Shown here one piece after another: positions 39,417 through 47,808 of a DNA stretch of 64,000 nucleotides (the first letter of the stretch is position 1; each line of letters begins with the position of its first letter). The DNA is taken from the sequence record OK254198.1. One strand, given 5' to 3'. This stretch comes from Escherichia phage PSD2001. A model generated the notes under the pieces. It saw nothing but the letters and a program-made list of their open reading frames with translations, searched no databases and was not told where the DNA came from. A program made the translations under genes and the position numbers.

Positions 39417-39977
39417 TTATTGCTCTTGTATACAGTCAAGAACATAATAATCACCAACAAATCCAGCATCAACTATCACGAATTTCTGGTCAACTGGAAC
39501 AAACCATTCAAGCTCAGAATCAATCATGTCCATGTATTCTTCACGTCTTAACGTTGCCGCCTGTTCGGAACCAGAAGCAGTATTGAAGAATTCCAGTGGA
39601 ACGTCAAGCGCGATTTTGCGCATCGCATCATGGTAACAAAAAGCTTTGGTCTGATTCAATCTGATGATAGTCCTTGACACATATTCCATTGCAGCAAAAT
39701 CCCTGGCAATACCATAGTCTTCTGTAAAGGAGGTTATCCTTCCAAATTCAAAAGGTTGCATTGATTCTTTTGCTTCATCTAACAAATCAATCTCTTGCTG
39801 GGTTACCCCACGATACAAGACTGTATCAGGTACAGATAACCTTGACTTGATGATTGAGTTAACGTTTGAATGCAAGGTCTTATCGACTTTTGATGTGCGG
39901 CATTCAAATAATGAAGCTATCTCCATTTCACTAAATTTTAACTGGTTGGGTTCGGTATCAGATTTGATGATGTTCAT
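39417..39977 (-). CDS. modB: ADP-ribosyltransferase, ModB-like
   Basis: 186 aa; R (VLYRGV), S-x-T (SFTEDYG), E-x-E (ELEWFVP) motifs. Confidence 0.6.
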   Translation of the reverse strand: MNIIKSDTEPNQLKFSEMEIASLFECRTSKVDKTLHSNVNSIIKSRLSVPDTVLYRGVTQQEIDLLDEAKESMQPFEFGRITSFTEDYGIARDFAAMEYVSRTIIRLNQTKAFCYHDAMRKIALDVPLEFFNTASGSEQAATLRREEYMDMIDSELEWFVPVDQKFVIVDAGFVGDYYVLDCIQEQ

Positions 39978-40033
39978 AATGGCCTCTCTGTTGTAAGAAA
40001 GACCATTATGTCATTAGGAGGGGAGTAAGTAAA

Positions 40034-40267
40034 CTACTTAAATACTCCAAGTGGGACGCCAAAGACTGCAATGTCTGCGGCCATGCCAATCGGAGATTGA
40101 TATGATGAGTAAGAACTTTTCGATTCTGTCGGGCGTTTGACTTTAATTGTCTCGGATTCAGTCTTAATCCTTTGTAAGCGATTAATTTTTTGTTGCTCAA
40201 TTTCCTTATGAGCGTGTTTACGGTCGATATCCAGCGCCGATGTGGGAATATTTGTTAACCAGTTCAT
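40034..40267 (-). CDS. hypothetical protein (77 aa) with C-terminal SSYSSY motif
   Basis: Start set at the Met that gives an ATGA overlap with the upstream ORF. Confidence 0.45.
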   Translation of the reverse strand: MNWLTNIPTSALDIDRKHAHKEIEQQKINRLQRIKTESETIKVKRPTESKSSYSSYQSPIGMAADIAVFGVPLGVFK

Positions 40268-40443
40268 CGTTTCACCCATGGTGCCCATGGAGGTGGGTCG
40301 TCGTAATATGAGGCCAGGTCGCGTAGAACTTCCATTGGGAGACTAAAACCATGCTTCTGTATAATCGCATCAAGTTCGTCAACTAGGTCCACACGGGCTT
40401 CCGTAGGAGCTTTAGGCTCTTCAAAAAGTTCAAATAAATCCAT
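40264..40443 (-). CDS. hypothetical acidic protein (59 aa); not in ORF track
   Basis: Hand-translated [28 protein letters not shown]...; start codon overlaps the upstream stop by 1 nt. Confidence 0.4.
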   Translation of the reverse strand: MDLFELFEEPKAPTEARVDLVDELDAIIQKHGFSLPMEVLRDLASYYDDPPPWAPWVKR

Positions 40444-40931
40444 TAGTAACCACCAATCGGACCGTAACCATACATACGAGCACGCATTTTAGTATCTTGA
40501 ATAGCTTCTTCTGTTAAAGTAAAGCGTAGACCAATATCAAAGTGCTTCCAAATCTGACGTTCAACTTCAGCAAGGTCGTCGGTAGTGGAAATCAGATATG
40601 TGCGACCTTTAAGGCGTTCTTCTGAAATTCTATCGGTATCTTTATAGAAGATATCCGCAGTACCTTCTGCATAAGGGTCCGGGTGACGATAGCCTTTAAT
40701 GTGTAGAGCTTCGGAAACAGTAAACGGACACCCTTCAGCCACATTAACGTTTTTGTTATGAAATACCTTCATCGTGATATTTTCTGGCATTGTCAGGTTC
40801 ATTAATTTTGTTTCCAACTCAGTAACCGAATCCATGCCATTATATGCAAAGATAAGACAGGCTGTTGCATCGTAAGGTCGTGTTTGCCCAGCAGAATCAC
40901 GGACATAGAATTCTAATTCATATACTTTCAT
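40443..40931 (-). CDS. hypothetical protein (162 aa), mrh/srh region
   Basis: ORF track. Confidence 0.55.
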   Translation of the reverse strand: MKVYELEFYVRDSAGQTRPYDATACLIFAYNGMDSVTELETKLMNLTMPENITMKVFHNKNVNVAEGCPFTVSEALHIKGYRHPDPYAEGTADIFYKDTDRISEERLKGRTYLISTTDDLAEVERQIWKHFDIGLRFTLTEEAIQDTKMRARMYGYGPIGGY

Positions 40932-41077
40932 AATGTTTTCCTCTTACCAACTAATGGACCATCAGGAACTTTATTTTCCTTGATGTACTTTTCATTTTCT
41001 TCCATCATTTTACTGCCAATTTTCAAAAGCAAATCCAGTGCTTCTTTTGCCTGACGTTCAGCTTCTTCTTGTGTCAT
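40928..41077 (-). CDS. hypothetical small protein (49 aa); not in ORF track
   Basis: Hand-translated; overlapping start/stop with both neighbours. Confidence 0.35.
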   Translation of the reverse strand: MTQEEAERQAKEALDLLLKIGSKMMEENEKYIKENKVPDGPLVGKRKTL

Positions 41078-41268
41078 GATTTATCTCCGTAGATATCACG
41101 CATCAGTTTAAGCACAGCTCGTTCGGTCTTCTTTTCCTGCATATCTTTGACGCTTGCGGCGGCCCATTCTTCAGCTTCGCGCTGCATTTCTTCCTCGGCT
41201 CTGGCCACCCAGGAATCATCAATCCCCGGGGTAACCAACCAATCTTTAAGCCAACTTGTAATTCTCAT
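41074..41268 (-). CDS. hypothetical protein (64 aa)
   Basis: ORF track. Confidence 0.5.
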   Translation of the reverse strand: MRITSWLKDWLVTPGIDDSWVARAEEEMQREAEEWAAASVKDMQEKKTERAVLKLMRDIYGDKS

Positions 41269-41628
41269 TTAATCACACGAGCTGGAAGATGAATCACAGC
41301 TTCCTGAATCATAGGAGGAATAAGACGAATCACCAGTCCACGAACTGACAGCGGCCGCAGTAACCACAATCGGAGTCATATCAATATGCGGTGTAGTATC
41401 GACATGGCTTGTAGAACGTCTTGAATCCAGATGCTCTTTTAACTTTTTCGAATTCAATGGCAATGCGCCTGGTCCGACATTACCGGCTTTTTCTGGGCGG
41501 CGACGAACTTCTTCCATCATACCATCGCCCATGTAAACATATTCTCTTAGTTTAACATCTGGCAGGCTAACAGGAACCACCCCTTCACCAGGTTTAGTCT
41601 TGAATAAATTCTTGAGCCAACTAATCAT
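41269..41628 (-). CDS. hypothetical protein (119 aa) with Ser/Cys-rich C-terminal tail
   Basis: ORF track; tail ...DSSYSSYDSGSCDSSSSSCD. Confidence 0.45.
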   Translation of the reverse strand: MISWLKNLFKTKPGEGVVPVSLPDVKLREYVYMGDGMMEEVRRRPEKAGNVGPGALPLNSKKLKEHLDSRRSTSHVDTTPHIDMTPIVVTAAAVSSWTGDSSYSSYDSGSCDSSSSSCD

Positions 41629-41822
41629 AGGAAACCTCGTTTAAATTCAACTTGACCATCATCATAACGGATTTCAATATTGAATTCTAAAGAATCATCA
41701 TCGTGCATCATGAATGAATGTACGATAACCTCATCAAACACACCCAGACCATACTTAAAATGCACATCATGGGCAATAACTTCATCTAAAGTTTTATTTG
41801 GTTTAATCCAACGGTTTAACAT
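41625..41822 (-). CDS. hypothetical protein (65 aa)
   Basis: ORF track. Confidence 0.5.
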   Translation of the reverse strand: MLNRWIKPNKTLDEVIAHDVHFKYGLGVFDEVIVHSFMMHDDDSLEFNIEIRYDDGQVEFKRGFL

Positions 41823-41877
41823 AGTATTCTCCTCTGTAGTTGAGATAATTATACCATCTCTATTAAAAGCAAAAAAG

Positions 41878-41895
41878 GGAACCCGAAGGTTCCCT
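41878..41895 (-). terminator. rho-independent terminator after soc
   Basis: gggaaccCGAAggttccc + T-run on the minus strand. Confidence 0.75.
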
Positions 41896-41899
41896 ATAA

Positions 41900-42133
41900 T
41901 TAAACTACTGGGGTAGGCGTAAACATCGCCGCGTTCTTAGTTCGCCAATCGGCTGCATCAGTCACTACAGTAGTATAGGCTGCAACGGCCGAAGGGAAAG
42001 TCTGATAATGAGCATTGGCAATACGGTGCTCGTTTGAATAGATTTCAAACGGAACAGATACTTCAACACCTTTAACTTCTTTACCTTCACCAGCTGGATG
42101 CGTAAAGGTTTTGATATTAACGAAACCACCCAT
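41900..42133 (-). CDS. soc: small outer capsid protein Soc
   Basis: 77 aa; ...VNIKTF...AHYQTFPS..AAY.TV... matches T4 Soc; minus-strand late promoter upstream and terminator downstream. Confidence 0.9.
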   Translation of the reverse strand: MGGFVNIKTFTHPAGEGKEVKGVEVSVPFEIYSNEHRIANAHYQTFPSAVAAYTTVVTDAADWRTKNAAMFTPTPVV

Positions 42134-42164
42134 AATAAACTCCTTTGTTGTTTAATTACAGGTG

Positions 42165-42172
42165 TATTTATA
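42165..42172 (-). promoter_or_regulatory. late promoter (TATAAATA) for soc
   Basis: Reverse complement TATAAATA ~30 nt upstream of the soc ATG. Confidence 0.65.
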
Positions 42173-42174
42173 AC

Positions 42175-42456
42175 TTACAATTTGGCGGCTTGGACTGCTT
42201 TATTGGCTTCAGTCATTTTAGCTAGATTTTCAGCAGTAGGATTGACAATGTATTCGGCTGTAGCTTGAGCAAAAACATTATGAGTTTCGATTACATTTTT
42301 AGCATTTTCAATATTCATATCAATTTCTTGTTTAGATAAATTTTTTAGTTGATTGGCTAAGAGTTCTACAAAGATTTCAACATTAGCGTTTTCAATTATA
42401 TCATTAATATGCTTCTTACGAGCTTTCTTAAGCTGACGTTTATTTAAACGAGGCAT
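42175..42456 (-). CDS. hypothetical protein (93 aa)
   Basis: ORF track; start overlaps the gene 56 stop. Confidence 0.5.
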   Translation of the reverse strand: MPRLNKRQLKKARKKHINDIIENANVEIFVELLANQLKNLSKQEIDMNIENAKNVIETHNVFAQATAEYIVNPTAENLAKMTEANKAVQAAKL

Positions 42457-42974
42457 TAATAACCTCGGTCCTGACGAGCAAAGTTCTCGGCATTTTTCAG
42501 GTAATACAGTTTAAAGATTTCTTCTGCAGTCAGTCCAAGACCATGGAACATATTTAGAACGAAATGTAGAATATCAATCATCTCGAATTTAATTTCTAGC
42601 TGGTCTTCAGGAGACAATTCATCAATACGACGATTACGGAATTCAGCATGTTGCGCTTTCCACGGCTTCCAGCAACTGGATGCGGCTTTCTCACCATTAG
42701 ACATGCCACCGAGCGAAGTCAGAAGTTCACGGAATTCGTCGTCAACATAATCTTTCTGGTTGCGAAGCCATGCAACAACATCGCCTGCGGTTGCCAATTC
42801 ATCTGGATGTGCGTTATATTCTGGTTTTTCTGTAGCCAGACGAACCTGCAAAGATTTCTGCATATCAAGCATAATCTGCAGAGGGTCATCATTGCCTTTT
42901 AGGACATCATTATACGCATCTTGCGCTTTATCAACACCAGCAATCAGTTGAGAACACTCGTTAAAATGAGCCAT
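42456..42974 (-). CDS. 56: dCTP pyrophosphatase (dCTPase/dUTPase, MazG-like) gp56
   Basis: 172 aa from Met with AAGGA RBS; size and position of T4 gp56; MazG-like helical pattern. Confidence 0.8.
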   Translation of the reverse strand: MAHFNECSQLIAGVDKAQDAYNDVLKGNDDPLQIMLDMQKSLQVRLATEKPEYNAHPDELATAGDVVAWLRNQKDYVDDEFRELLTSLGGMSNGEKAASSCWKPWKAQHAEFRNRRIDELSPEDQLEIKFEMIDILHFVLNMFHGLGLTAEEIFKLYYLKNAENFARQDRGY

Positions 42975-43058
42975 TATATTTTTCCTTATCAATTCATATT
43001 GTTTGTATGTTAATTATATCATATTGGTTTAAAGCATAAATACAAGAAAGGAGGATGT

Positions 43059-43256
43059 ATGCTCAAACTATCTAGTCTAATTCAAGCCATCAAAGGCAGT
43101 CGTAAGCGAACGATTCTGGTCCTTTCGATACTCTGTTTTGTTCTACTCTGGAATTTCATTGTTGCCCCTATTGCATTGACACATGGTGTTATATTACCAG
43201 TCGTCGCGCTCGAATCAGTTGTAGATGTTTCACTAGCATTAATCGGCCTTATATAG
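43059..43256 (+). CDS. small membrane protein (65 aa) on the opposite strand to its neighbours
   Basis: Strong AAGGAGG RBS; two hydrophobic helices; ATAAATA late-promoter-like motif ~30 nt upstream. Confidence 0.5.
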   Translation: MLKLSSLIQAIKGSRKRTILVLSILCFVLLWNFIVAPIALTHGVILPVVALESVVDVSLALIGLI

Positions 43257-43364
43257 GTGGAACTTACTGGTTGTGCCCATCGCTGCAACACAAGGGGTGC
43301 ACTTACCCCAGGTCACAATGGAACATATCCATTCCATCATCGGTTACTTTACCGGAATCCCTTC

Positions 43365-44393
43365 CTAAACTTTTGCGTACTTCGAAAGTCGCATTCTCGC
43401 CATCAATCCTTGAGCAACGTTATCGGCCATATATGATTCGATTTGTTCAGGGGTTGCCCCTTCTGATTTAACCATCTCATTTATGTCTTTTGTATGCCAT
43501 GGCGCATTGTCCCAGAACATAACAGCTTCGCCAGCTTCAACGAGCTTCTTCATACGTTTAATCGTATCCGGATGTCTTGGCTCGTTGTCCATCACCCACA
43601 CTCTGGTTTCTGGATAAGGAACAGCTTCTAATGCTAATGTTCCACCGGTTATCGCAATGCTGTTAGGGATAAACAAACTATCAATCGGACCTTCCATTAC
43701 CCATACACGTTTACGCTCATCAATCTTGTCTACGCCATAGACTTTGGAAGCTTCTGGGTGAGCTTTGATTGTGATATATTTTTGTGGTGCATCTTTGCGA
43801 AGAGCTCGTCCTTGGAAAGATTCGATTTCTTTTTTGCCGTTGAAGATAGGAATAACCAAGCGTGGTTCATTCGTTTCATTCTTATACGTCCCAGGATTAA
43901 CGGAGTTAACTAATGCAGGCCATTGGTTTGTAAACCATAGTCGGTTCCAAACATTGCTTGGAATACATCGACTTTTTACATACTTAACTATCGGATGTGC
44001 TTCTGGTAAAGTATCGAGTCTTTCACAAAAAGCAAGCTGCTCGATAACCGGAGTTTTTTCTGGTTCTTTCGGAGTTTCAATGACTTCATTGCGTTGTCGC
44101 CCGAAGGCGTTCTCCTTGTACTTCTCAACCATATATTCCCGGTGTAAATCAGGCTCAAACTCTTTTATGTATTTGCTTATATGCGTGGAGTAGTCACAGT
44201 TAAAACATTTCACATAAACCGCACCATCAGACGGATTGGTATACGCCCAGAATCGAGCCTTGTGTGAATCTTTCTGGGAGTCCCCGCAAACCTTACAACG
44301 ACAGTTTGCTTTAAATGTGCTCCCGGTGACTTCTCTATAACGTGGTTGATACGATAAAGCTCTGACTGCAAATTCTTTATCAATATATGACAT
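43365..44393 (-). CDS. 61: DNA primase gp61
   Basis: 342 aa; N-terminal zinc-ribbon CRCKVCGDS...CFNC; same length as T4 gp61. Confidence 0.93.
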   Translation of the reverse strand: MSYIDKEFAVRALSYQPRYREVTGSTFKANCRCKVCGDSQKDSHKARFWAYTNPSDGAVYVKCFNCDYSTHISKYIKEFEPDLHREYMVEKYKENAFGRQRNEVIETPKEPEKTPVIEQLAFCERLDTLPEAHPIVKYVKSRCIPSNVWNRLWFTNQWPALVNSVNPGTYKNETNEPRLVIPIFNGKKEIESFQGRALRKDAPQKYITIKAHPEASKVYGVDKIDERKRVWVMEGPIDSLFIPNSIAITGGTLALEAVPYPETRVWVMDNEPRHPDTIKRMKKLVEAGEAVMFWDNAPWHTKDINEMVKSEGATPEQIESYMADNVAQGLMARMRLSKYAKV

Positions 44394-44424
44394 AGTTTCC
44401 TCATTTCAATGGCCCCGAGGACCA

Positions 44425-44592
44425 TTATACTGTAGGTTTATCGTCTTTGTTCTTACGCTTTTTTGATGGGATTTGTTCAGGGCCTTTATTGACAACTGCC
44501 CCGGAAGTGGTACCTGTTGCGATATTAGTTGGGTTTCCACCTGCATCGCCAGCAACCATATCTTCGTTGATAAAATCTTTGAATGTTTTCAT
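44425..44592 (-). CDS. hypothetical small protein (55 aa); not in ORF track
   Basis: Hand-translated MKTFKDFINEDMVAGDAGGNPTNIATGTTSG...; G-rich RBS; coordinates approximate. Confidence 0.35.
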   Translation of the reverse strand: MKTFKDFINEDMVAGDAGGNPTNIATGTTSGAVVNKGPEQIPSKKRKNKDDKPTV

Positions 44593-44611
44593 AACACCCC
44601 CTTTCCGCTAT

Positions 44612-44803
44612 TTATACAACGAAGATAGCTTTATCACCATTTGCATCAGTCACTTCATAAGTGTCTTCATGATACAACGGAATAATCCAGGTAACACCAT
44701 CATCAGCGATAACATGGATTGCTTCTTGGTCTTGCGACACGATTTCATATTCTTCAAAAATCTGGAAGACCGAAATCTTAGAGCCCGTACACATTGCACT
44801 CAT
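44612..44803 (-). CDS. hypothetical protein (63 aa)
   Basis: ORF track. Confidence 0.4.
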   Translation of the reverse strand: MSAMCTGSKISVFQIFEEYEIVSQDQEAIHVIADDGVTWIIPLYHEDTYEVTDANGDKAIFVV

Positions 44804-44999
44804 ATTGTTCCCTTCTTTTAATTAGTTGACGATGCGCCTTTTTAAGTTTACGAATCTGGCGTTTAGTTGGTCGAGCAACGTAAGCTTGAGTAGTTACTCG
44901 TCCAAAAACTCCATACTTGGGAGACGGCGTATCAATAAAGACTTCCCATTGGCAAGAGTAACTATATATTGCTTTAGAGAATTGGGTCAAAACAAACAT
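44778..44999 (-). CDS. hypothetical basic protein (73 aa)
   Basis: ORF track; basic C-terminal region. Confidence 0.45.
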   Translation of the reverse strand: MFVLTQFSKAIYSYSCQWEVFIDTPSPKYGVFGRVTTQAYVARPTKRQIRKLKKAHRQLIKRREQYECNVYGL

Positions 45000-45000
45000 A

Positions 45001-45046
45001 TTAACCTCGCTTCATGAAGGCATTAAAAATCTGGTCGTCGACAGAC
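45001..45046. repeat. ~45-bp near-identical direct repeat at the 3' ends of two adjacent genes (partner at ~45356-45401)
   Basis: ttaacctcgcttcatgaaggcattaaaaatctggtcgtcgac vs ttaatctcgcttcatgaaagcattaaaaatctggtcgtcaac. Confidence 0.8.
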
Positions 45047-45354
45047 TGTTCTTGAGCTTTGACCCAAGCCCCTTCCAAAATGTCATTTGCTTCAGTAGAT
45101 AGCATGACCCCAATTTCAGGGTTTCCGGTTATCCATGCTGCACAATCACGTACATTCTTTTTATCAAATGGATAGCCGCGAGTATCTTCATAAGGTCCAT
45201 TCATTACCATAAATGAGCGAGCCTTTATGATAACACCATCTTTAACGATAATATAACCAATCGCCTGATTAAACCGAGGCTCACGAAATTCATAATGAGC
45301 ATTACCATCATTATTGCTCGTCAGTTCAAAATTCAGAAAATTATAATAACTCAT
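45001..45354 (-). CDS. hypothetical protein (117 aa) with C-terminal tail SVDDQIFNAFMKRG shared with the next gene
   Basis: ORF track; ~45-bp near-identical DNA repeat at the 3' ends of both genes. Confidence 0.55.
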   Translation of the reverse strand: MSYYNFLNFELTSNNDGNAHYEFREPRFNQAIGYIIVKDGVIIKARSFMVMNGPYEDTRGYPFDKKNVRDCAAWITGNPEIGVMLSTEANDILEGAWVKAQEQSVDDQIFNAFMKRG

Positions 45355-45355
45355 A

Positions 45356-45796
45356 TTAATCTCGCTTCATGAAAGCATTAAAAATCTGGTCGTCAACTGA
45401 ATAAACAGGGGTTTCCAGAAGTTTCAAAAGACTGTTTTTGATGTACTTACCAGGGATACCCATATTAACAATACTGTCATTCAATTCATTATCTGGGATG
45501 ATGTCTTTAAATTCAAACCCGTCAAACTCAACCTTGTCAGGAATACCGTCAGCGAAAAAATAAACCAATTGGTGCATTGTATTGCGCGAAAATAATTTAG
45601 ACTTGACCGCAATAAGTTCTTGCCAATGGTTTAATTCTTTGTTAAGAAGTTTATGAGCAAACGTAATTCTATTGTCACTATCGACAAGAAAATAACCCAG
45701 GTATTGAATGGGTTCGTCGCTCCAAAACATCCTGTATGCTTGTGCATTTTGATTTTTACAACGAAGTTTTTTGATAACTAAATTTCTGTTAATCAT
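45356..45796 (-). CDS. hypothetical protein (146 aa) with C-terminal tail SVDDQIFNAFMKRD
   Basis: Internal Met start lying 1 nt after the sp stop; shared C-terminal tail. Confidence 0.55.
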   Translation of the reverse strand: MINRNLVIKKLRCKNQNAQAYRMFWSDEPIQYLGYFLVDSDNRITFAHKLLNKELNHWQELIAVKSKLFSRNTMHQLVYFFADGIPDKVEFDGFEFKDIIPDNELNDSIVNMGIPGKYIKNSLLKLLETPVYSVDDQIFNAFMKRD

Positions 45797-45797
45797 T

Positions 45798-46091
45798 TTA
45801 TTCACCTGTAACCCATTGAACAATCTTGCTGTTGTCAAATGAAGCATCGCAATACAGAACATAGTTATACTGCATAACGTCACCAGAAGCCAGTTGGTCA
45901 GATACTTCTTTAACCATATCAGGGTGGTCACGTTTAGTAATGTTCATGATATCAGCATAAATCTGATGTTCAACATCGGTCTGGTCAGCAGTCATGGACC
46001 ACTCACAAAGGTCTTTATCAAGTCCAGCAGTAACTGGAGCTGTACCACATGATGCTACGGTAAGAATTGCTGCGATTAATAACTTTTTCAT
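45798..46091 (-). CDS. sp: Spackle periplasmic protein (superinfection exclusion / lysozyme inhibitor)
   Basis: 97 aa; signal peptide; ...DKDLCEWSMTADQT.VE.QI.ADIMNI.KRD.P.M...GDVMQYNYVLYCD... matches T4 Sp. Confidence 0.9.
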   Translation of the reverse strand: MKKLLIAAILTVASCGTAPVTAGLDKDLCEWSMTADQTDVEHQIYADIMNITKRDHPDMVKEVSDQLASGDVMQYNYVLYCDASFDNSKIVQWVTGE

Positions 46092-46109
46092 TTCAATCTC
46101 CTCAGTAGT

Positions 46110-46152
46110 TGATAGGGATAATATACTGCATTATCCCTTTGATGTACACTTA
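46110..46152 (-). promoter_or_regulatory. early promoter with stem-loop (gggataat...attatccc)
   Basis: gatgtacact plus a perfect 8-bp inverted repeat; upstream of sp. Confidence 0.45.
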
Positions 46153-46491
46153 TTTTTCACCTTCAACTGAAAAACCGGTCAATTTGTAATATTCGGCACG
46201 TGCAATATGAAGAGCTGCTTCAATATCAGTAAGGCAGATTTCTTCATTTAACAGTTGCGCTTCAACGGTCAAAATCAGATTACGCAATGCGGTACCCTTA
46301 CGCATGTCTACTTTATGAATTAGCTTGTCATCAACAAAAGCTTCAACCAGCGCATTATAGTTATCAGCAGTCTTCTGGACATACCAGTGAATACCTGCGG
46401 GGTGGAACATGCTAGAACGTTCAAAAGATGGTACACCAACAGCACTCACTTTGATTGTTACTTTTACGCGGTCTTCTGGATTAAAAGCCAT
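46150..46491 (-). CDS. hypothetical protein (113 aa), tandem paralog of 46492..46704
   Basis: Shared segment NYNALVEAFVDDKLIHKVD vs VNNALVKAFVNDNKVFECD. Confidence 0.5.
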   Translation of the reverse strand: MAFNPEDRVKVTIKVSAVGVPSFERSSMFHPAGIHWYVQKTADNYNALVEAFVDDKLIHKVDMRKGTALRNLILTVEAQLLNEEICLTDIEAALHIARAEYYKLTGFSVEGEK

Positions 46492-46704
46492 TTAGATTTC
46501 CTCAGATAAGTGGATACGATAATCACATTCAAAAACTTTATTGTCATTAACAAAGGCTTTCACCAGCGCATTATTCACTTCTGCATACTGCACTGTAACC
46601 CATTCAATCATATTTTGGTCACTAACATCCAGCGCAGTTTCTTTGGTAAACATATTACCATTTTCAAACCAACCAATAAACACTACGTTCTCTAATTTAT
46701 ACAT
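46492..46704 (-). CDS. hypothetical protein (70 aa), tandem paralog of 46150..46491
   Basis: ORF track; shared motif. Confidence 0.5.
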   Translation of the reverse strand: MYKLENVVFIGWFENGNMFTKETALDVSDQNMIEWVTVQYAEVNNALVKAFVNDNKVFECDYRIHLSEEI

Positions 46705-47022
46705 TTAGATTTCCTCACAAAACGCCCAGTCTGCATGATAAACTGTTGCGCCTTTAGTATCATTTAAACAAACCACGTCAACAGGTGCAATCACACGATA
46801 AAGACGGGGTTCTCCTCCATACGAGCGAGCTGCTCTTCCTGCATAGATACGCGCCAAACCAATATCTTCAGTAAAAAACACACGCCCTAAATTTTTCTTA
46901 CGCCCAACTTCTGACAGAACACCAGTTACATCAGGAGGACAAAGCATATTTTGGATTCCAGCATTAGAGCTTGACCCATGATAATAAACTTTGTATTCTG
47001 CCTTGCAATCAATGGTTTTCAT
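46705..47022 (-). CDS. hypothetical protein (105 aa)
   Basis: ORF track; early promoter cassette upstream. Confidence 0.5.
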   Translation of the reverse strand: MKTIDCKAEYKVYYHGSSSNAGIQNMLCPPDVTGVLSEVGRKKNLGRVFFTEDIGLARIYAGRAARSYGGEPRLYRVIAPVDVVCLNDTKGATVYHADWAFCEEI

Positions 47023-47065
47023 TTTATTCTCCAGTAGTTGATAGAGTCATTATAACATAAGAAAA

Positions 47066-47082
47066 AGGGGCTGTAAGCCCCT
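47066..47082 (-). terminator. rho-independent terminator after 47091..47393
   Basis: aggggcTGTAAgcccct + T-run. Confidence 0.65.
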
Positions 47083-47090
47083 TTATTCAC

Positions 47091-47393
47091 TTACGCCAAC
47101 TCATAGTTGTGCATAGTCAGACAACGAATTTTCCCAGTAGTTGGGTGCATAACAGTCACACTAATTGTGTAATCATCGCACACGTTAACAAAAGGTTCAG
47201 CGATAACATATACTTCACCGCCTGCAAGCAGATACTCACGAAGAGAGCTGCGAACAGATGAAGGTTGAACATCGCTTTTGAGCTTTATTAATTTACCAGT
47301 TTGAATGCCTGATGCGATAAGAGCAGCACAGTTTTCATCACGGCGAGCGAATTGTCCAAAATAGTAACGATTCATGTCGGTTTGATTAAACAT
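47091..47393 (-). CDS. hypothetical protein (100 aa)
   Basis: ORF track; terminator hairpin downstream. Confidence 0.5.
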   Translation of the reverse strand: MFNQTDMNRYYFGQFARRDENCAALIASGIQTGKLIKLKSDVQPSSVRSSLREYLLAGGEVYVIAEPFVNVCDDYTISVTVMHPTTGKIRCLTMHNYELA

Positions 47394-47421
47394 ATGGTTT
47401 TCCTTTTAACAGTTGGTTTAT

Positions 47422-47474
47422 TGTGTAACTCAGTATGGAATCATTATGTCCTAAGACAAGGGGGTTGTACACTA
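47422..47474. repeat. 53-bp exact direct repeat, copy 2
   Basis: Same 53-mer as at ~21099-21151. Confidence 0.85.
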
Positions 47475-47480
47475 TTTTAA
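47442..47480 (-). promoter_or_regulatory. early promoter cassette (second copy of the 53-bp exact repeat)
   Basis: Identical to the 21.1-kb copy. Confidence 0.65.
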
Positions 47481-47720
47481 TTCATTAATTAAATGAAAAT
47501 CTTGTGCATTGAAAGTAATGAAAAAATAATCATTCCCTTCAACTGAAGCATGACAAGCAACACTACACCAGCGCCTTGCTCTGTTCAATGAGCAATCCAA
47601 AATTTTAAAAGGCTTCAGACCAACAATGTCAGCTGTTCTTTTATTATGCTCACAAATATCAGCATACTTTTGGAGAGCTTCTTCAGATTTGAACTGGTAA
47701 TGCACATTAACTAATAACAT
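47472..47720 (-). CDS. hypothetical protein (82 aa) in the slot next to gene 41 where T4 carries dmd
   Basis: Position only; GAGGA RBS. Confidence 0.45.
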   Translation of the reverse strand: MLLVNVHYQFKSEEALQKYADICEHNKRTADIVGLKPFKILDCSLNRARRWCSVACHASVEGNDYFFITFNAQDFHLINELK

Positions 47721-47794
47721 TTTATTATCCTCATCAGTAGTTGATGGGATAATAGTACACTCTTTTTATGGTGATGTAAACCCCTAAATGAAAA

Positions 47795-47808
47795 AGACCC
47801 GAAGGTCT
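47795..47808 (-). terminator. rho-independent terminator after gene 41
   Basis: agaccCGAAggtct + T-run right after the stop codon. Confidence 0.65.
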
